A DNA stretch of 64,000 bases from Auanema rhodensis (Eukaryota > Animalia > Nematoda), in assembly GCA_964057225.1 (NCBI GenBank), contig OZ059900.1, positions 22,010,001 through 22,074,000 on the forward strand. The letters run 5' to 3'. Positions 24,562 through 39,385 of this stretch are shown here, piece by piece. The position numbers and the translations under genes were made by a program. The notes beneath the pieces are model-generated. The model was not told the origin of the DNA. It did no database searches and saw only the letters and a list, made by a program, of their open reading frames with translations. Numbering within the stretch: the stretch's first letter is position 1; the number at the start of each line of letters is the position of its first letter.

Positions 24562-27500
24562 GTCAAAACCTTGTTTACAGCGAAATTTCCAAAAACTGGT
24601 TTTCCAGCATAATAAAATATTTCTCATGGGAAATACTGTGTTTTTGTTTTTTTCTAGTGTTCAGCATGTAAAATGCTTCATTTTAGTATGTAACACGCTG
24701 AAATTCGTTGCATTTGACGACTCATATGAACAAAAATCGATTTAATCAATATTAGCCATAAGGGGCGTGCCCTCAGAATATACTAATTTCCTTAATTTTC
24801 TAACCCCTGTTTTTTTGTCGTGAAAGTGGAACTAGACGTTGTACGAACAATTTTGAGCTAGGTTTCATTGACATTGCATGAGTTTGAACACATGAAATCG
24901 TAAGTCAAAACCTTGTTTACAGCGAAATTTCCAAAAACTGGTTTTCCAGCATAATAAAATATTTCTCATGGGAAATACTGTGTTTTTGTATTTTTCTAGT
25001 GTTCAGCATGTAAAATGCTTCATTTTAGTATGTAACACGCTGAAATTCGTTGCATTTGACGACTCATATGAACAAAAATCGATTTAATCAATATTAGCCA
25101 TAAGGGGCGTGCCCTCAGAATATGCTAATTTCCTTAATTTTCTAACCCCTGTTTTTTTGTCGTGAAAGTGGAACTAGACGTTGTACGAACAATTTTGAGC
25201 TAAGTTTCATTGACATTGCATGAGTTTGAACACATGAAATCGTAAGTCAAAACCTTGTTTACAGCGAAATTTCCAAAAACTGGTTTTCCAGCATAATAAA
25301 ATATTTCTCATGGGAAATACTGTGTTTTTGTATTTTTCTAGTGTTCAGCATGTAAAATGCTTCATTTTAGTATGTAACACGCTGAAATTCGTTGCATTTG
25401 ACAACTCATATGAACAAAAATCGATTTAATCAATATTAGCCATAATAAAATATTTCTCATGGGAAATACTGTGTTTTTGTATTTTTCTAGTGTTCAGCAT
25501 GTAAAATGCTTCATTTTAGTATGTAACACGCTGAAATTTGTTGCATTTGACGACTCATATGAACAAAAATCGATTTAATCAATATTAGCCATAAGGGGCG
25601 TGCCCTCAGAATATACTAATTTCCTTAATTTTCTAACCCCTGTTTTTTTGTCGTGAAAGTGGAACTAGACGTTGTACGAACAATTTTGAGCTAGGTTTCA
25701 TTGACATTGCATGAGTTTGAACACATGAAATCGTAAGTCAAAACCTTGTTTACAGCGAAATTTCCAAAAACTGGTTTTCCAGCATAATAAAATATTTCTC
25801 ATGGGAAATACTGTGTTTTTGTATTTTTCTAGTGTTCAGCATGTAAAATGCTTCATTTTAGTATGTAACACGCTGAAATTCGTTGCATTTGACGACTCAT
25901 ATGAACAAAAATCGATTTAATCATTATTAGCCATAAGGGGCGTGCCCTCAGAATATGCTAATTTCCTTAATTTTCTAACCCCTGTTTTTTTGTCGTGAAA
26001 GTGGAACTAGACGTTGTACGAACAATTTTGAGTTAGGTTTCATTGACATTGCATGAGTTTGAACACATGAAATCGTAAGTCAAAACCTTGTTTACAGCGA
26101 AATTTCCAAAAACTGGTTTTCCAGCATAATAAAATATTTCTCATGGGAAATACTGTGTTTTTGTATTTTTCTAGTGTTCAGCATGTAAAATGCTTCATTT
26201 TAGTATGTAACACGCTGAAATTCGTTGCATTTGACGACTCATATGAACAAAAATCGATTTAATCAATATTAGCCATAAGGGGCGTGCCCTCAGAATATGC
26301 TAATTTCCTTAATTTTCTAACCCCTGTTTTTTTGTCGTGAAAGTGGAACTAGACGTTGTACGAACAATTTTGAGCTAGGTTTCATTGACATTGCATGAGT
26401 TTGAACACATGAAATCGTAAGTCAAAACCTTGTTTACAGCGAAATTTCCAAAAACTGGTTTTCCAGCATAATAAAATATTTCTCATGGGAAATACTGTGT
26501 TTTTGTATTTTTCTAGTGTTCAGCATGTAAAATGCTTCATTTTAGTATGTAACACGCTGAAATTCGTTGCATTTGACGACTCATATGAACAAAAATCGAT
26601 TTAATCAATATTAGCCATAAGGGGCGTGCCCTCAGAATATACTAATTTCCTTAATTTTCTAACCCCTGTTTTTTTGTCGTGAAAGTGGAACTAGACGTTG
26701 TACGAACAATTTTGAGCTAGGTTTCATTGACATTGCATGAGTTTGAACACATGCAATCGTAAGTCAAAACCTTGTTTACAGCGAAATTTCCAAAAACTGG
26801 TTTTCCAGCATAATAAAATATTTCTCATGGGAAATACTGTGTTTTTGTATTTTTCTAGTGTTCAGCATGTAAAATGCTTCATTTTAGTATGTAACACGCT
26901 GAAATTCGTTGCATTTGACGACTCATATGAACAAAAATCGATTTAATCAATATTAGCCATAAGGGGCGTGCCCTCAGAATATGCTAATTTCCTTAATTTT
27001 CTAACCCCTGTTTTTTTGTCGTGAAAGTGGAACTAGACGTTGTACGAACAATTTTGAGCTAAGTTTCATTGACATTGCATGAGTTTGAACACATGAAATC
27101 GTATGTCAAAACCTTGTTTACAGCGAAATTTCCAAAAACTGGTTTTCCAGCATAATAAAATATTTCTCATGGGAAATACTGTGTTTTTGTTTTTTTCTAG
27201 TGTTCAGCATGTAAAATGCTTCATTTTAGTATGTAACACGCTGAAATTCGTTGCATTTGACGACTCATATGAACAAAAATCGATTTAATCAATATTAGCC
27301 ATAAGGGGCGTGCCCTCAGAATATACTAATTTCCTTAATTTTCTAACCCCTGTTTTTTTGTCGTGAAAGTAGAACTAGACGTTGTACGAACAATTTTGAG
27401 CTAGGTTTCATTGACATTGCATGAGTTTGAACACATGAAATCGTAAGTCAAAACCTTGTTTACAGCGAAATTTCCAAAAACTGGTTTTCCAGCATAATAA

Positions 27501-30209
27501 AATATTTCTCATGGGAAATACTGTGTTTTTGTATTTTTCTAGTGTTCAGCATGTAAAATGCTTCATTTAAGTATGTAACACGCTGAAATTCGTTGCATTT
27601 GACGACTCATATGAACAAAAATCGATTTAATCAATATTAGCCATAAGGGGCGTGCCCTCAGAATATGCTAATTTCCTTAATTTTCTAACCCCTGTTTTTT
27701 TGTCGTGAAAGTGGAACTAGACGTTGTACGAACAATTTTGAGCTAAGTTTCATTGACATTGCATGAGTTTGAACACATGAAATCGTAAGTCAAAACCTTG
27801 TTTACAGCGAAATTTCCAAAAACTGGTTTTCCAGCATAATAAAATATTTCTCATGGGAAATACTGTGTTTTTGTATTTTTCTAGTGTTCAGCATGTAAAA
27901 TGCTTCATTTTAGTATGTAACACGCTGAAATTCGTTGCATTTGACAACTCATATGAACAAAAATCGATTTAATCAATATTAGCCATAATAAAATATTTCT
28001 CATGGGAAATACTGTGTTTTTGTATTTTTCTAGTGTTCAGCATGTAAAATGCTTCATTTTAGTATGTAACACGCTGAAATTTGTTGCATTTGACGACTCA
28101 TATGAACAAAAATCGATTTAATCAATATTAGCCATAAGGGGCGTGCCCTCAGAATATACTAATTTCCTTAATTTTCTAACCCCTGTTTTTTTGTCGTGAA
28201 AGTGGAACTAGACGTTGTACGAACAATTTTGAGCTAGGTTTCATTGACATTGCATGAGTTTGAACACATGAAATCGTAAGTCAAAACCTTGTTTACAGCG
28301 AAATTTCCAAAAACTGGTTTTCCAGCATAATAAAATATTTCTCATGGGAAATACTGTGTTTTTGTATTTTTCTAGTGTTCAGCATGTAAAATGCTTCATT
28401 TTAGTATGTAACACGCTGAAATTCGTTGCATTTGACGACTCATATGAACAAAAATCGATTTAATCATTATTAGCCATAAGGGGCGTGCCCTCAGAATATG
28501 CTAATTTCCTTAATTTTCTAACCCCTGTTTTTTTGTCGTGAAAGTGGAACTAGACGTTGTACGAACAATTTTGAGTTAGGTTTCATTGACATTGCATGAG
28601 TTTGAACACATGAAATCGTAAGTCAAAACCTTGTTTACAGCGAAATTTCCAAAAACTGGTTTTCCAGCATAATAAAATATTTCTCATGGGAAATACTGTG
28701 TTTTTGTATTTTTCTAGTGTTCAGCATGTAAAATGCTTCATTTTAGTATGTAACACGCTGAAATTCGTTGCATTTGACGACTCATATGAACAAAAATCGA
28801 TTTAATCAATATTAGCCATAAGGGGCGTGCCCTCAGAATATGCTAATTTCCTTAATTTTCTAACCCCTGTTTTTTTGTCGTGAAAGTGGAACTAGACGTT
28901 GTACGAACAATTTTGAGCTAGGTTTCATTGACATTGCATGAGTTTGAACACATGAAATCGTAAGTCAAAACCTTGTTTACAGCGAAATTTCCAAAAACTG
29001 GTTTTCCAGCATAATAAAATATTTCTCATGGGAAATACTGTGTTTTTGTATTTTTCTAGTGTTCAGCATGTAAAATGCTTCATTTTAGTATGTAACACGC
29101 TGAAATTCGTTGCATTTGACGACTCATATGAACAAAAATCGATTTAATCAATATTAGCCATAAGGGGCGTGCCCTCAGAATATACTAATTTCCTTAATTT
29201 TCTAACCCCTGTTTTTTTGTCGTGAAAGTGGAACTAGACGTTGTACGAACAATTTTGAGCTAGGTTTCATTGACATTGCATGAGTTTGAACACATGCAAT
29301 CGTAAGTCAAAACCTTGTTTACAGCGAAATTTCCAAAAACTGGTTTTCCAGCATAATAAAATATTTCTCATGGGAAATACTGTGTTTTTGTATTTTTCTA
29401 GTGTTCAGCATGTAAAATGCTTCATTTTAGTATGTAACACGCTGAAATTCGTTGCATTTGACGACTCATATGAACAAAAATCGATTTAATCAATATTAGC
29501 CATAAGGGGCGTGCCCTCAGAATATGCTAATTTCCTTAATTTTCTAACCCCTGTTTTTTTGTCGTGAAAGTGGAACTAGACGTTGTACGAACAATTTTGA
29601 GCTAAGTTTCATTGACATTGCATGAGTTTGAACACATGAAATCGTATGTCAAAACCTTGTTTACAGCGAAATTTCCAAAAACTGGTTTTCCAGCATAATA
29701 AAATATTTCTCATGGGAAATACTGTGTTTTTGTTTTTTTCTAGTGTTCAGCATGTAAAATGCTTCATTTTAGTATGTAACACGCTGAAATTCGTTGCATT
29801 TGACGACTCATATGAACAAAAATCGATTTAATCAATATTAGCCATAAGGGGCGTGCCCTCAGAATATACTAATTTCCTTAATTTTCTAACCCCTGTTTTT
29901 TTGTCGTGAAAGTGGAACTAGACGTTGTACGAACAATTTTGAGCTAGGTTTCATTGACATTGCATGAGTTTGAACACATGAAATCGTAAGTCAAAACCTT
30001 GTTTACAGCGAAATTTCCAAAAACTGGTTTTCCAGCATAATAAAATATTTCTCATGGGAAATACTGTGTTTTTGTATTTTTCTAGTGTTCAGCATGTAAA
30101 ATGCTTCATTTTAGTATGTAACACGCTGAAATTCGTTGCATTTGACGACTCATATGAACAAAAATCGATTTAATCAATATTAGCCATAAGGGGCGTGCCC
30201 TCAGAATAT
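24562..30209 (+). repeat. Tandem duplication with 2543-bp period (six 342-bp units plus one 491-bp unit); boundaries approximate
   Basis: Markers 2543 bp apart: duplication junctions 25441/27984, AAATTTGTTG 25539/28082, ORF-creating SNPs 26737/29280 and 27103/29646. Confidence 0.85.
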
Positions 30210-32062
30210 ACTAATTTCCTTAATTTTCTAACCCCTGTTTTTTTGTCGTGAAAGTGGAACTAGACGTTGTACGAACAATTTTGAGCTAGGTTTCATTGAC
30301 ATTGCATGAGTTTGAACACATGAAATCGTAAGTCAAAACCTTGTTTACAGCGAAATTTCCAAAAACTGGTTTTCCAGCATAATAAAATATTTCTCATGGG
30401 AAATACTGTGTTTTTGTATTTTTCTAGTGTTCAGCATGTAAAATGCTTCATTTTAGTATGTAACACGCTGAAATTCGTTGCATTTGACGACTCATATGAA
30501 CAAAAATCGATTTAATCATTATTAGCCATAAGGGGCGTGCCCTCAGAATATGCTAATTTCCTTAATTTTCTAACCCCTGTTTTTTTGTCGTGAAAGTGGA
30601 ACTAGACGTTGTACGAACAATTTTGAGTTAGGTTTCATTGACATTGCATGAGTTTGAACACATGAAATCGTAAGTCAAAACCTTGTTTACAGCGAAATTT
30701 CCAAAAACTGGTTTTCCAGCATAATAAAATATTTCTCATGGGAAATACTGTGTTTTTGTATTTTTCTAGTGTTCAGCATGTAAAATGCTTCATTTTAGTA
30801 TGTAACACGCTGAAATTCGTTGCATTTGACGACTCATATGAACAAAAATCGATTTAATCAATATTAGCCATAAGGGGCGTGCCCTCAGAATATGCTAATT
30901 TCCTTAATTTTCTAACCCCTGTTTTTTTGTCGTGAAAGTGGAACTAGACGTTGTACGAACAATTTTGAGCTAGGTTTCATTGACATTGCATGAGTTTGAA
31001 CACATGAAATCGTAAGTCAAAACCTTGTTTACAGCGAAATTTCCAAAAACTGGTTTTCCAGCATAATAAAATATTTCTCATGGGAAATACTGTGTTTTTG
31101 TATTTTTCTAGTGTTCAGCATGTAAAATGCTTCATTTTAGTATGTAACACGCTGAAATTCGTTGCATTTGACGACTCATATGAACAAAAATCGATTTAAT
31201 CAATATTAGCTATAAGGGGCGTGCCCTCAGAATATGCTAATTTCCTTAATTTTCTAACCCCTGTTTTTTTGTCGTGAAAGTAGAACTAGACGTTGTACGA
31301 ACAATTTTGAGCTAGGTTTCATTGACATTGCATGAGTTTGAACACATGAAATCGTAAGTCAAAACCTTGTTTACAGCGAAATTTCCAAAAACTGGTTTTC
31401 CAGCATAATAAAATATTTCTCATGGGAAATACTGTGTTTTTGTATTTTTCTAGTGTTCAGCATGTAAAATGCTTCATTTTAGTATGTAACACGCTGAAAT
31501 TCGTTGCATTTGACGACTCATATGAACAAAAATCGATTTAATCATTATTAGCCATAAGGGGCATGCCCTCAGAATATGCTAATTTCCTTAATTTTCTAAC
31601 CCCTGTTTTTTTGTCGTGAAAGTGGAACAAGACGTTGTACGAACAATTTTGAGTTAGGTTTCATTGACATTGCATGAGTTTGAACACATGAAATCGTAAG
31701 TCAAAACCTTGTTTACAGCGAAATTTCCAAAAACTGGTTTTCCAGCTGAATAAAATATTTTTCATGGGAAATACTGTGTTTTTGTATTTTTCTAGTGTTC
31801 AGCATGTAAAATGCTTCATTTTAGTATGTAACACGCTGAAATTTGTTGCATTTGACGACTCATATGAACAAAAATCGATTTAATCAATATTAGCCATAAG
31901 GGGCGTGCCCTCAGAATATGCTAATTTCCTTAATTTTCTAACCCCTGTTTTTTTGTCGTGAAAGTGGAACTAGACGTTGTACGAACAATTTTGAGTTAGG
32001 TTTCATTGACATTGCATGAGTTTGAACACATGAAATCGTAAGTCAAAACCTTGTTTACAGCG

Positions 32063-32307
32063 ATTTCAGCGTGTTACATACTAAAATGAAGCATTTTACA
32101 TGCTGAACACTAGAAAAATACAAAAACACAGTATTTCCCATGAGAAATATTTTATTATGCTGGAAAACCAGTTTTTGGAAATTTCGCTGTAAACAAGGTT
32201 TTGACTTACGATTTCATGTGTTCAAACTCATGCAATGTCAATGAAACTTAGCTCAAAATTGTTCGTACAACGTCTAGTTCCACTTTCACGACAAAAAAAC
32301 AGGGGTT
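32063..32307 (-). repeat. 245-bp inverted satellite segment, copy 6 (subtype A)
   Basis: Same junctions as copy 1; GCATTTTACATG. Confidence 0.97.
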
Positions 32308-32891
32308 TGAAATACTGTGACGCTGAAATTCGTTGCATTTGACGACTCATATGAACAAAAATCGATTTAATCAATATTAGCCATAAGGGGCGTGCCCTCA
32401 GAATATGCTAATTTCCTTAATTTTCTAACCCCTGTTTTTTTGTCGTGAAAGTGGAACTAGACGTTGTACGAACAATTTTGAGCTAGGTTTCATTGACATT
32501 GCATGAGTTTGAACACATGAAATCGTAAGTCAAAACCTTGTTTACAGCGAAATTTCCAAAAACTGGTTTTCCAGCATAATAAAATATTTCTCATGGGAAA
32601 TACTGTGTTTTTGTATTTTTCTAGTGTTCAGCATGTAAAATGCTTCATTTTAGTATGTAACACGCTGAAATTCGTTGCATTTGACGACTCATATGAACAA
32701 AAATCGATTTAATCAATATTAGCCATAAGGGGCGTGCCCTCAGAATATGCTAATTTCCTTAATTTTCTAACCCCTGTTTTTTTGTCGTGAAAGTGGAACT
32801 AGACGTTGTACGAACAATTTTGAGTTAGGTTTCATTGACATTGCATGAGTTTGAACACATGAAATCGTAAGTCAAAACCTTGTTTACAGCG

Positions 32892-33136
32892 ATTTCAGCG
32901 TGTTACATACTAAAATGAAGCATTTTACATGCTGAACACTAGAAAAATACAAAAACACAGTATTTCCCATGAGAAATATTTTATTATGCTGGAAAACCAG
33001 TTTTTGGAAATTTCGCTGTAAACAAGGTTTTGACTTACGATTTCATGTGTTCAAACTCATGCAATGTCAATGAAACTTAGCTCAAAATTGTTCGTACAAC
33101 GTCTAGTTCCACTTTCACGACAAAAAAACAGGGGTT
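32892..33136 (-). repeat. 245-bp inverted satellite segment, copy 7 (subtype A)
   Basis: Same junctions; 829 bp (487+342) after copy 6. Confidence 0.97.
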
Positions 33137-36100
33137 TGAAATACTGTGACGCTGAAATTCGTTGCATTTGACGACTCATATGAACAAAAATCGATTTAAT
33201 CAATATTAGCCATAAGGGGCGTGCCCTCAGAATATGCTAATTTCCTTAATTTTCTAACCCCTGTTTTTTTGTCGTGAAAGTGGAACTAGACGTTGTACGA
33301 ACAATTTTGAGCTAGGTTTCATTGACATTGCATGAGTTTGAACACATGAAATCGTAAGTCAAAACCTTGTTTACAGCGAAATTTCCAAAAACTGGTTTTC
33401 CAGCATAATAAAATATTTCTCATGGGAAATACTGTGTTTTTGTATTTTTCTAGTGTTCAGCATGTAAAATGCTTCATTTTAGTATGTAACACGCTGAAAT
33501 TCGTTGCATTTGACGACTCATATGAACAAAAATCGATTTAATCATTATTAGCCATAAGGGGCGTGCCCTCAGAATATGCTAATTTCCTTAATTTTCTAAC
33601 CCCTGTTTTTTTGTCGTGAAAGTGGAACTAGACGTTGTACGAACAATTTTGAGTTAGGTTTCATTGACATTGCATGAGTTTGAACACATGAAATCGTAAG
33701 TCAAAACCTTGTTTACAGCGAAATTTCCAAAAACTGGTTTTCCAGCATAATAAAATATTTCTCATGGGAAATACTGTGTTTTTGTATTTTTCTAGTGTTC
33801 AGCATGTAAAATGCTTCATTTTAGTATGTAACACGCTGAAATTCGTTGCATTTGACGACTCATATGAACAAAAATCGATTTAATCAATATTAGCCATAAG
33901 GGGCGTGCCCTCAGAATATGCTAATTTCCTTAATTTTCTAACCCCTGTTTTTTTGTCGTGAAAGTGGAACTAGACGTTGTACGAACAATTTTGAGCTAGG
34001 TTTCATTGACATTGCATGAGTTTGAACACATGAAATCGTAAGTCAAAACCTTGTTTACAGCGAAATTTCCAAAAACTGGTTTTCCAGCATAATAAAATAT
34101 TTCTCATGGGAAATACTGTGTTTTTGTATTTTTCTAGTGTTCAGCATGTAAAATGCTTCATTTTAGTATGTAACACGCTGAAATTCGTTGCATTTGACGA
34201 CTCATATGAACAAAAATCGATTTAATCAATATTAGCCATAAGGGGCGTGCCCTCAGAATATACTAATTTCCTTAATTTTCTAACCCCTGTTTTTTTGTCG
34301 TGAAAGTGGAACTAGACGTTGTACGAACAATTTTGAGCTAGGTTTCATTGACATTGCATGAGTTTGAACACATGCAATCGTAAGTCAAAACCTTGTTTAC
34401 AGCGAAATTTCCAAAAACTGGTTTTCCAGCATAATAAAATATTTCTCATGGGAAATACTGTGTTTTTGTATTTTTCTAGTGTTCAGCATGTAAAATGCTT
34501 CATTTTAGTATGTAACACGCTGAAATTCGTTGCATTTGACGACTCATATGAACAAAAATCGATTTAATCAATATTAGCCATAAGGGGCGTGCCCTCAGAA
34601 TATGCTAATTTCCTTAATTTTCTAACCCCTGTTTTTTTGTCGTGAAAGTGGAACTAGACGTTGTACGAACAATTTTGAGCTAAGTTTCATTGACATTGCA
34701 TGAGTTTGAACACATGAAATCGTATGTCAAAACCTTGTTTACAGCGAAATTTCCAAAAACTGGTTTTCCAGCATAATAAAATATTTCTCCTGGGAAATAC
34801 TGTGTTTTTGTTTTTTTCTAGTGTTCAGCATGTAAAATGCTTCATTTTAGTATGTAACACGCTGAAATTCGTTGCATTTGACGACTCATATGAACAAAAA
34901 TCGATTTAATCAATATTAGCCATAAGGGGCGTGCCCTCAGAATATACTAATTTCCTTAATTTTCTAACCCCTGTTTTTTTGTCGTGAAAGTGGAACTAGA
35001 CGTTGTACGAACAATTTTGAGCTAGGTTTCATTGACATTGCATGAGTTTGAACACATGAAATCGTAAGTCAAAACCTTGTTTACAGCGAAATTTCCAAAA
35101 ACTGGTTTTCCAGCATAATAAAATATTTCTCATGGGAAATACTGTGTTTTTGTATTTTTCTAGTGTTCAGCATGTAAAATGCTTCATTTTAGTATGTAAC
35201 ACGCTGAAATTCGTTGCATTTGACGACTCATATGAACAAAAATCGATTTAATCAATATTAGCCATAAGGGGCGTGCCCTCAGAATATACTAATTTCCTTA
35301 ATTTTCTAACCCCTGTTTTTTTGTCGTGAAAGTGGAACTAGACGTTGTACGAACAATTTTGAGCTAGGTTTCATTGACATTGCATGAGTTTGAACACATG
35401 AAATCGTAAGTCAAAACCTTGTTTACAGCGAAATTTCCAAAAACTGGTTTTCCAGCATAATAAAATATTTCTCATGGGAAATACTGTGTTTTTGTATTTT
35501 TCTAGTGTTCAGCATGTAAAATGCTTCATTTTAGTATGTAACACGCTGAAATTCGTTGCATTTGACGACTCATATGAACAAAAATCGATTTAATCATTAT
35601 TAGCCATAAGGGGCGTGCCCTCAGCATATGCTAATTTCCTTAATTTTCTAACCCCTGTTTTTTTGTCGTGAAAGTGGAACTAGACGTTGTACGAACAATT
35701 TTGAGTTAGGTTTCATTGACATTGCATGAGTTTGAACACATGAAATCGTAAGTCAAAACCTTGTTTACAGCGAAATTTCCAAAAACTGGTTTTCCAGCAT
35801 AATAAAATATTTCTCATGGGAAATACTGTGTTTTTGTATTTTTCTAGTGTTCAGCATGTAAAATGCTTCATTTTAGTATGTAACACGCTGAAATTCGTTG
35901 CATTTGACGACTCATATGAACAAAAATCGATTTAATCAATATTAGCCATAAGGGGCGTGCCCTCAGAATATGCTAATTTCCTTAATTTTCTAACCCCTGT
36001 TTTTTTGTCGTGAAAGTGGAACTAGACGTTGTACGAACAATTTTGAGCTAGGTTTCATTGACATTGCATGAGTTTGAACACATGAAATCGTAAGTCAAAA

Positions 36101-37140
36101 CCTTGTTTACAGCGAAATTTCCAAAAACTGGTTTTCCAGCATAATAAAATATTTCTCATGGGAAATACTGTGTTTTTGTATTTTTCTAGTGTTCAGCATG
36201 TAAAATGCTTCATTTTAGTATGTAACACGCTGAAATTCGTTGCATTTGACGACTCATATGAACAAAAATCGATTTAATCAATATTAGCTATAAGGGGCGT
36301 GCCCTCAGAATATGCTAATTTCCTTAATTTTCTAACCCCTGTTTTTTTGTCGTGAAAGTAGAACTAGACGTTGTACGAACAATTTTGAGCTAGGTTTCAT
36401 TGACATTGCATGAGTTTGAACACATGAAATCGTAAGTCAAAACCTTGTTTACAGCGAAATTTCCAAAAACTGGTTTTCCAGCATAATAAAATATTTCTCA
36501 TGGGAAATACTGTGTTTTTGTATTTTTCTAGTGTTCAGCATGTAAAATGCTTCATTTTAGTATGTAACACGCTGAAATTCGTTGCATTTGACGACTCATA
36601 TGAACAAAAATCGATTTAATCATTATTAGCCATAAGGGGCATGCCCTCAGAATATGCTAATTTCCTTAATTTTCTAACCCCTGTTTTTTTGTCGTGAAAG
36701 TGGAACAAGACGTTGTACGAACAATTTTGAGTTAGGTTTCATTGACATTGCATGAGTTTGAACACATGAAATCGTAAGTCAAAACCTTGTTTACAGCGAA
36801 ATTTCCAAAAACTGGTTTTCCAGCTGAATAAAATATTTTTCATGGGAAATACTGTGTTTTTGTATTTTTCTAGTGTTCAGCATGTAAAATGCTTCATTTT
36901 AGTATGTAACACGCTGAAATTTGTTGCATTTGACGACTCATATGAACAAAAATCGATTTAATCAATATTAGCCATAAGGGGCGTGCCCTCAGAATATGCT
37001 AATTTCCTTAATTTTCTAACCCCTGTTTTTTTGTCGTGAAAGTGGAACTAGACGTTGTACGAACAATTTTGAGTTAGGTTTCATTGACATTGCATGAGTT
37101 TGAACACATGAAATCGTAAGTCAAAACCTTGTTTACAGCG

Positions 37141-37385
37141 ATTTCAGCGTGTTACATACTAAAATGAAGCATTTTACATGCTGAACACTAGAAAAATACA
37201 AAAACACAGTATTTCCCATGAGAAATATTTTATTATGCTGGAAAACCAGTTTTTGGAAATTTCGCTGTAAACAAGGTTTTGACTTACGATTTCATGTGTT
37301 CAAACTCATGCAATGTCAATGAAACTTAGCTCAAAATTGTTCGTACAACGTCTAGTTCCACTTTCACGACAAAAAAACAGGGGTT
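37141..37385 (-). repeat. 245-bp inverted satellite segment, copy 8 (subtype A)
   Basis: Same junctions; 5078 bp after copy 6. Confidence 0.97.
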
Positions 37386-37969
37386 TGAAATACTGTGACG
37401 CTGAAATTCGTTGCATTTGACGACTCATATGAACAAAAATCGATTTAATCAATATTAGCCATAAGGGGCGTGCCCTCAGAATATGCTAATTTCCTTAATT
37501 TTCTAACCCCTGTTTTTTTGTCGTGAAAGTGGAACTAGACGTTGTACGAACAATTTTGAGCTAGGTTTCATTGACATTGCATGAGTTTGAACACATGAAA
37601 TCGTAAGTCAAAACCTTGTTTACAGCGAAATTTCCAAAAACTGGTTTTCCAGCATAATAAAATATTTCTCATGGGAAATACTGTGTTTTTGTATTTTTCT
37701 AGTGTTCAGCATGTAAAATGCTTCATTTTAGTATGTAACACGCTGAAATTCGTTGCATTTGACGACTCATATGAACAAAAATCGATTTAATCAATATTAG
37801 CCATAAGGGGCGTGCCCTCAGAATATGCTAATTTCCTTAATTTTCTAACCCCTGTTTTTTTGTCGTGAAAGTGGAACTAGACGTTGTACGAACAATTTTG
37901 AATTAGGTTTCATTGACATTGCATGAGTTTGAACACATGAAATCGTAAGTCAAAACCTTGTTTACAGCG

Positions 37970-38214
37970 ATTTCAGCGTGTTACATACTAAAATGAAGCA
38001 TTTTACATGCTGAACACTAGAAAAATACAAAAACACAGTATTTCCCATGAGAAATATTTTATTATGCTGGAAAACCAGTTTTTGGAAATTTCGCTGTAAA
38101 CAAGGTTTTGACTTACGATTTCATGTGTTCAAACTCATGCAATGTCAATGAAACTTAGCTCAAAATTGTTCGTACAACGTCTAGTTCCACTTTCACGACA
38201 AAAAAACAGGGGTT
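37970..38214 (-). repeat. 245-bp inverted satellite segment, copy 9 (subtype A)
   Basis: Same junctions; 5078 bp after copy 7. Confidence 0.97.
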
Positions 38215-39140
38215 TGAAATACTGTGACGCTGAAATTCGTTGCATTTGACGACTCATATGAACAAAAATCGATTTAATCAATATTAGCCATAAGGGGCGT
38301 GCCCTCAGAATATGCTAATTTCCTTAATTTTCTAACCCCTGTTTTTTTGTCGTGAAAGTGGAACTAGACGTTGTACGAACAATTTTGAGCTAGGTTTCAT
38401 TGACATTGCATGAGTTTGAACACATGAAATCGTAAGTCAAAACCTTGTTTACAGCGAAATTTCCAAAAACTGGTTTTCCAGTATAATAAAATATTTCTCA
38501 TGGGAAATACTGTGTTTTTGTATTTTTCTAGTGTTCAGCATGTAAAATGCTTCATTTTAGTATGTAACACGCTGAAATTCGTTGCATTTGACGACTCATA
38601 TGAACAAAAATCAATTTAATCAATATTAGCCATAAGGGGCGTGCCCTCAGAATATGCTAATTTCCTTAATTTTCTAACCCCTGTTTTTTTGTCGTGAAAG
38701 TGGAACTAGACGTTGTACGAACAATTTTGAGCTAGGTTTCATTGACATTGCATGAGTTTGAACACATGAAATCGTAAGTCAAAACCTTGTTTACAGCGAA
38801 ATTTCCAAAAACTGGTTTTCCAGCATAATAAAATATTTCTCATGGGAAATACTGTGTTTTTGTATTTTTCTAGTGTTCAGCATGTAAAATGCTTCATTTT
38901 AGTATGTAACACGCTGAAATTCGTTGCATTTGACGACTCATATGAACAAAAATCGATTTAATCAATATTAGCCATAAGGGGCGTGCCCTCAGAATATGCT
39001 AATTTCCTTAATTTTCTAACCCCTGTTTTTTTGTCGTGAAAGTGGAACTAGACGTTGTACGAACAATTTTGAGTTAGGTTTCATTGACATTGCATGAGTT
39101 TGAACACATGAAATCGTAAGTCAAAACCTTGTTTACAGCG

Positions 39141-39385
39141 ATTTCAGCGTGTTACATACTAAAATGAAGCATTTTACATGCTGAACACTAGAAAAATACA
39201 AAAACACAGTATTTCCCATGAGAAATATTTTATTATGCTGGAAAACCAGTTTTTGGAAATTTCGCTGTAAACAAGGTTTTGACTTACGATTTCATGTGTT
39301 CAAACTCATGCAATGTCAATGAAACTTAGCTCAAAATTGTTCGTACAACGTCTAGTTCCACTTTCACGACAAGAAAACAGGGGTT
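39141..39385 (-). repeat. 245-bp inverted satellite segment, copy 10 (subtype A), last in the window
   Basis: Same junctions; private GACAAGAAAAC SNP at 39373. Confidence 0.97.

Larger units (their letters stand above)
28160..38315 (+). repeat. Tandem duplication with 5078-bp period (12x342 + 2x487); boundaries approximate
   Basis: Markers 5078 bp apart: GAACAAGAC 31629/36707, CCAGCTGAAT 31747/36825, inversions 32063/37141 and 32892/37970, ORFs 29280/34358 and 29646/34724. Confidence 0.92.

Noticed and set aside
6128-34909. Nine near-identical 61-aa and 69-aa ORFs (MSKPCLQRNF..., MSLNTCNRKS...)
   Set aside because: They exist only where one SNP creates an ATG (CGTAAG>CGTATG) or removes a stop (TGA>TGC) in the satellite monomer. 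I recognise no protein family, and their spacing simply tracks the segmental duplications.
8545-39385. Recombinase-driven invertible switch
   Set aside because: The event is not a reciprocal inversion (monomer 212-335 is duplicated and filler is added), the alternative flipped state is never seen, and no recombinase is encoded.
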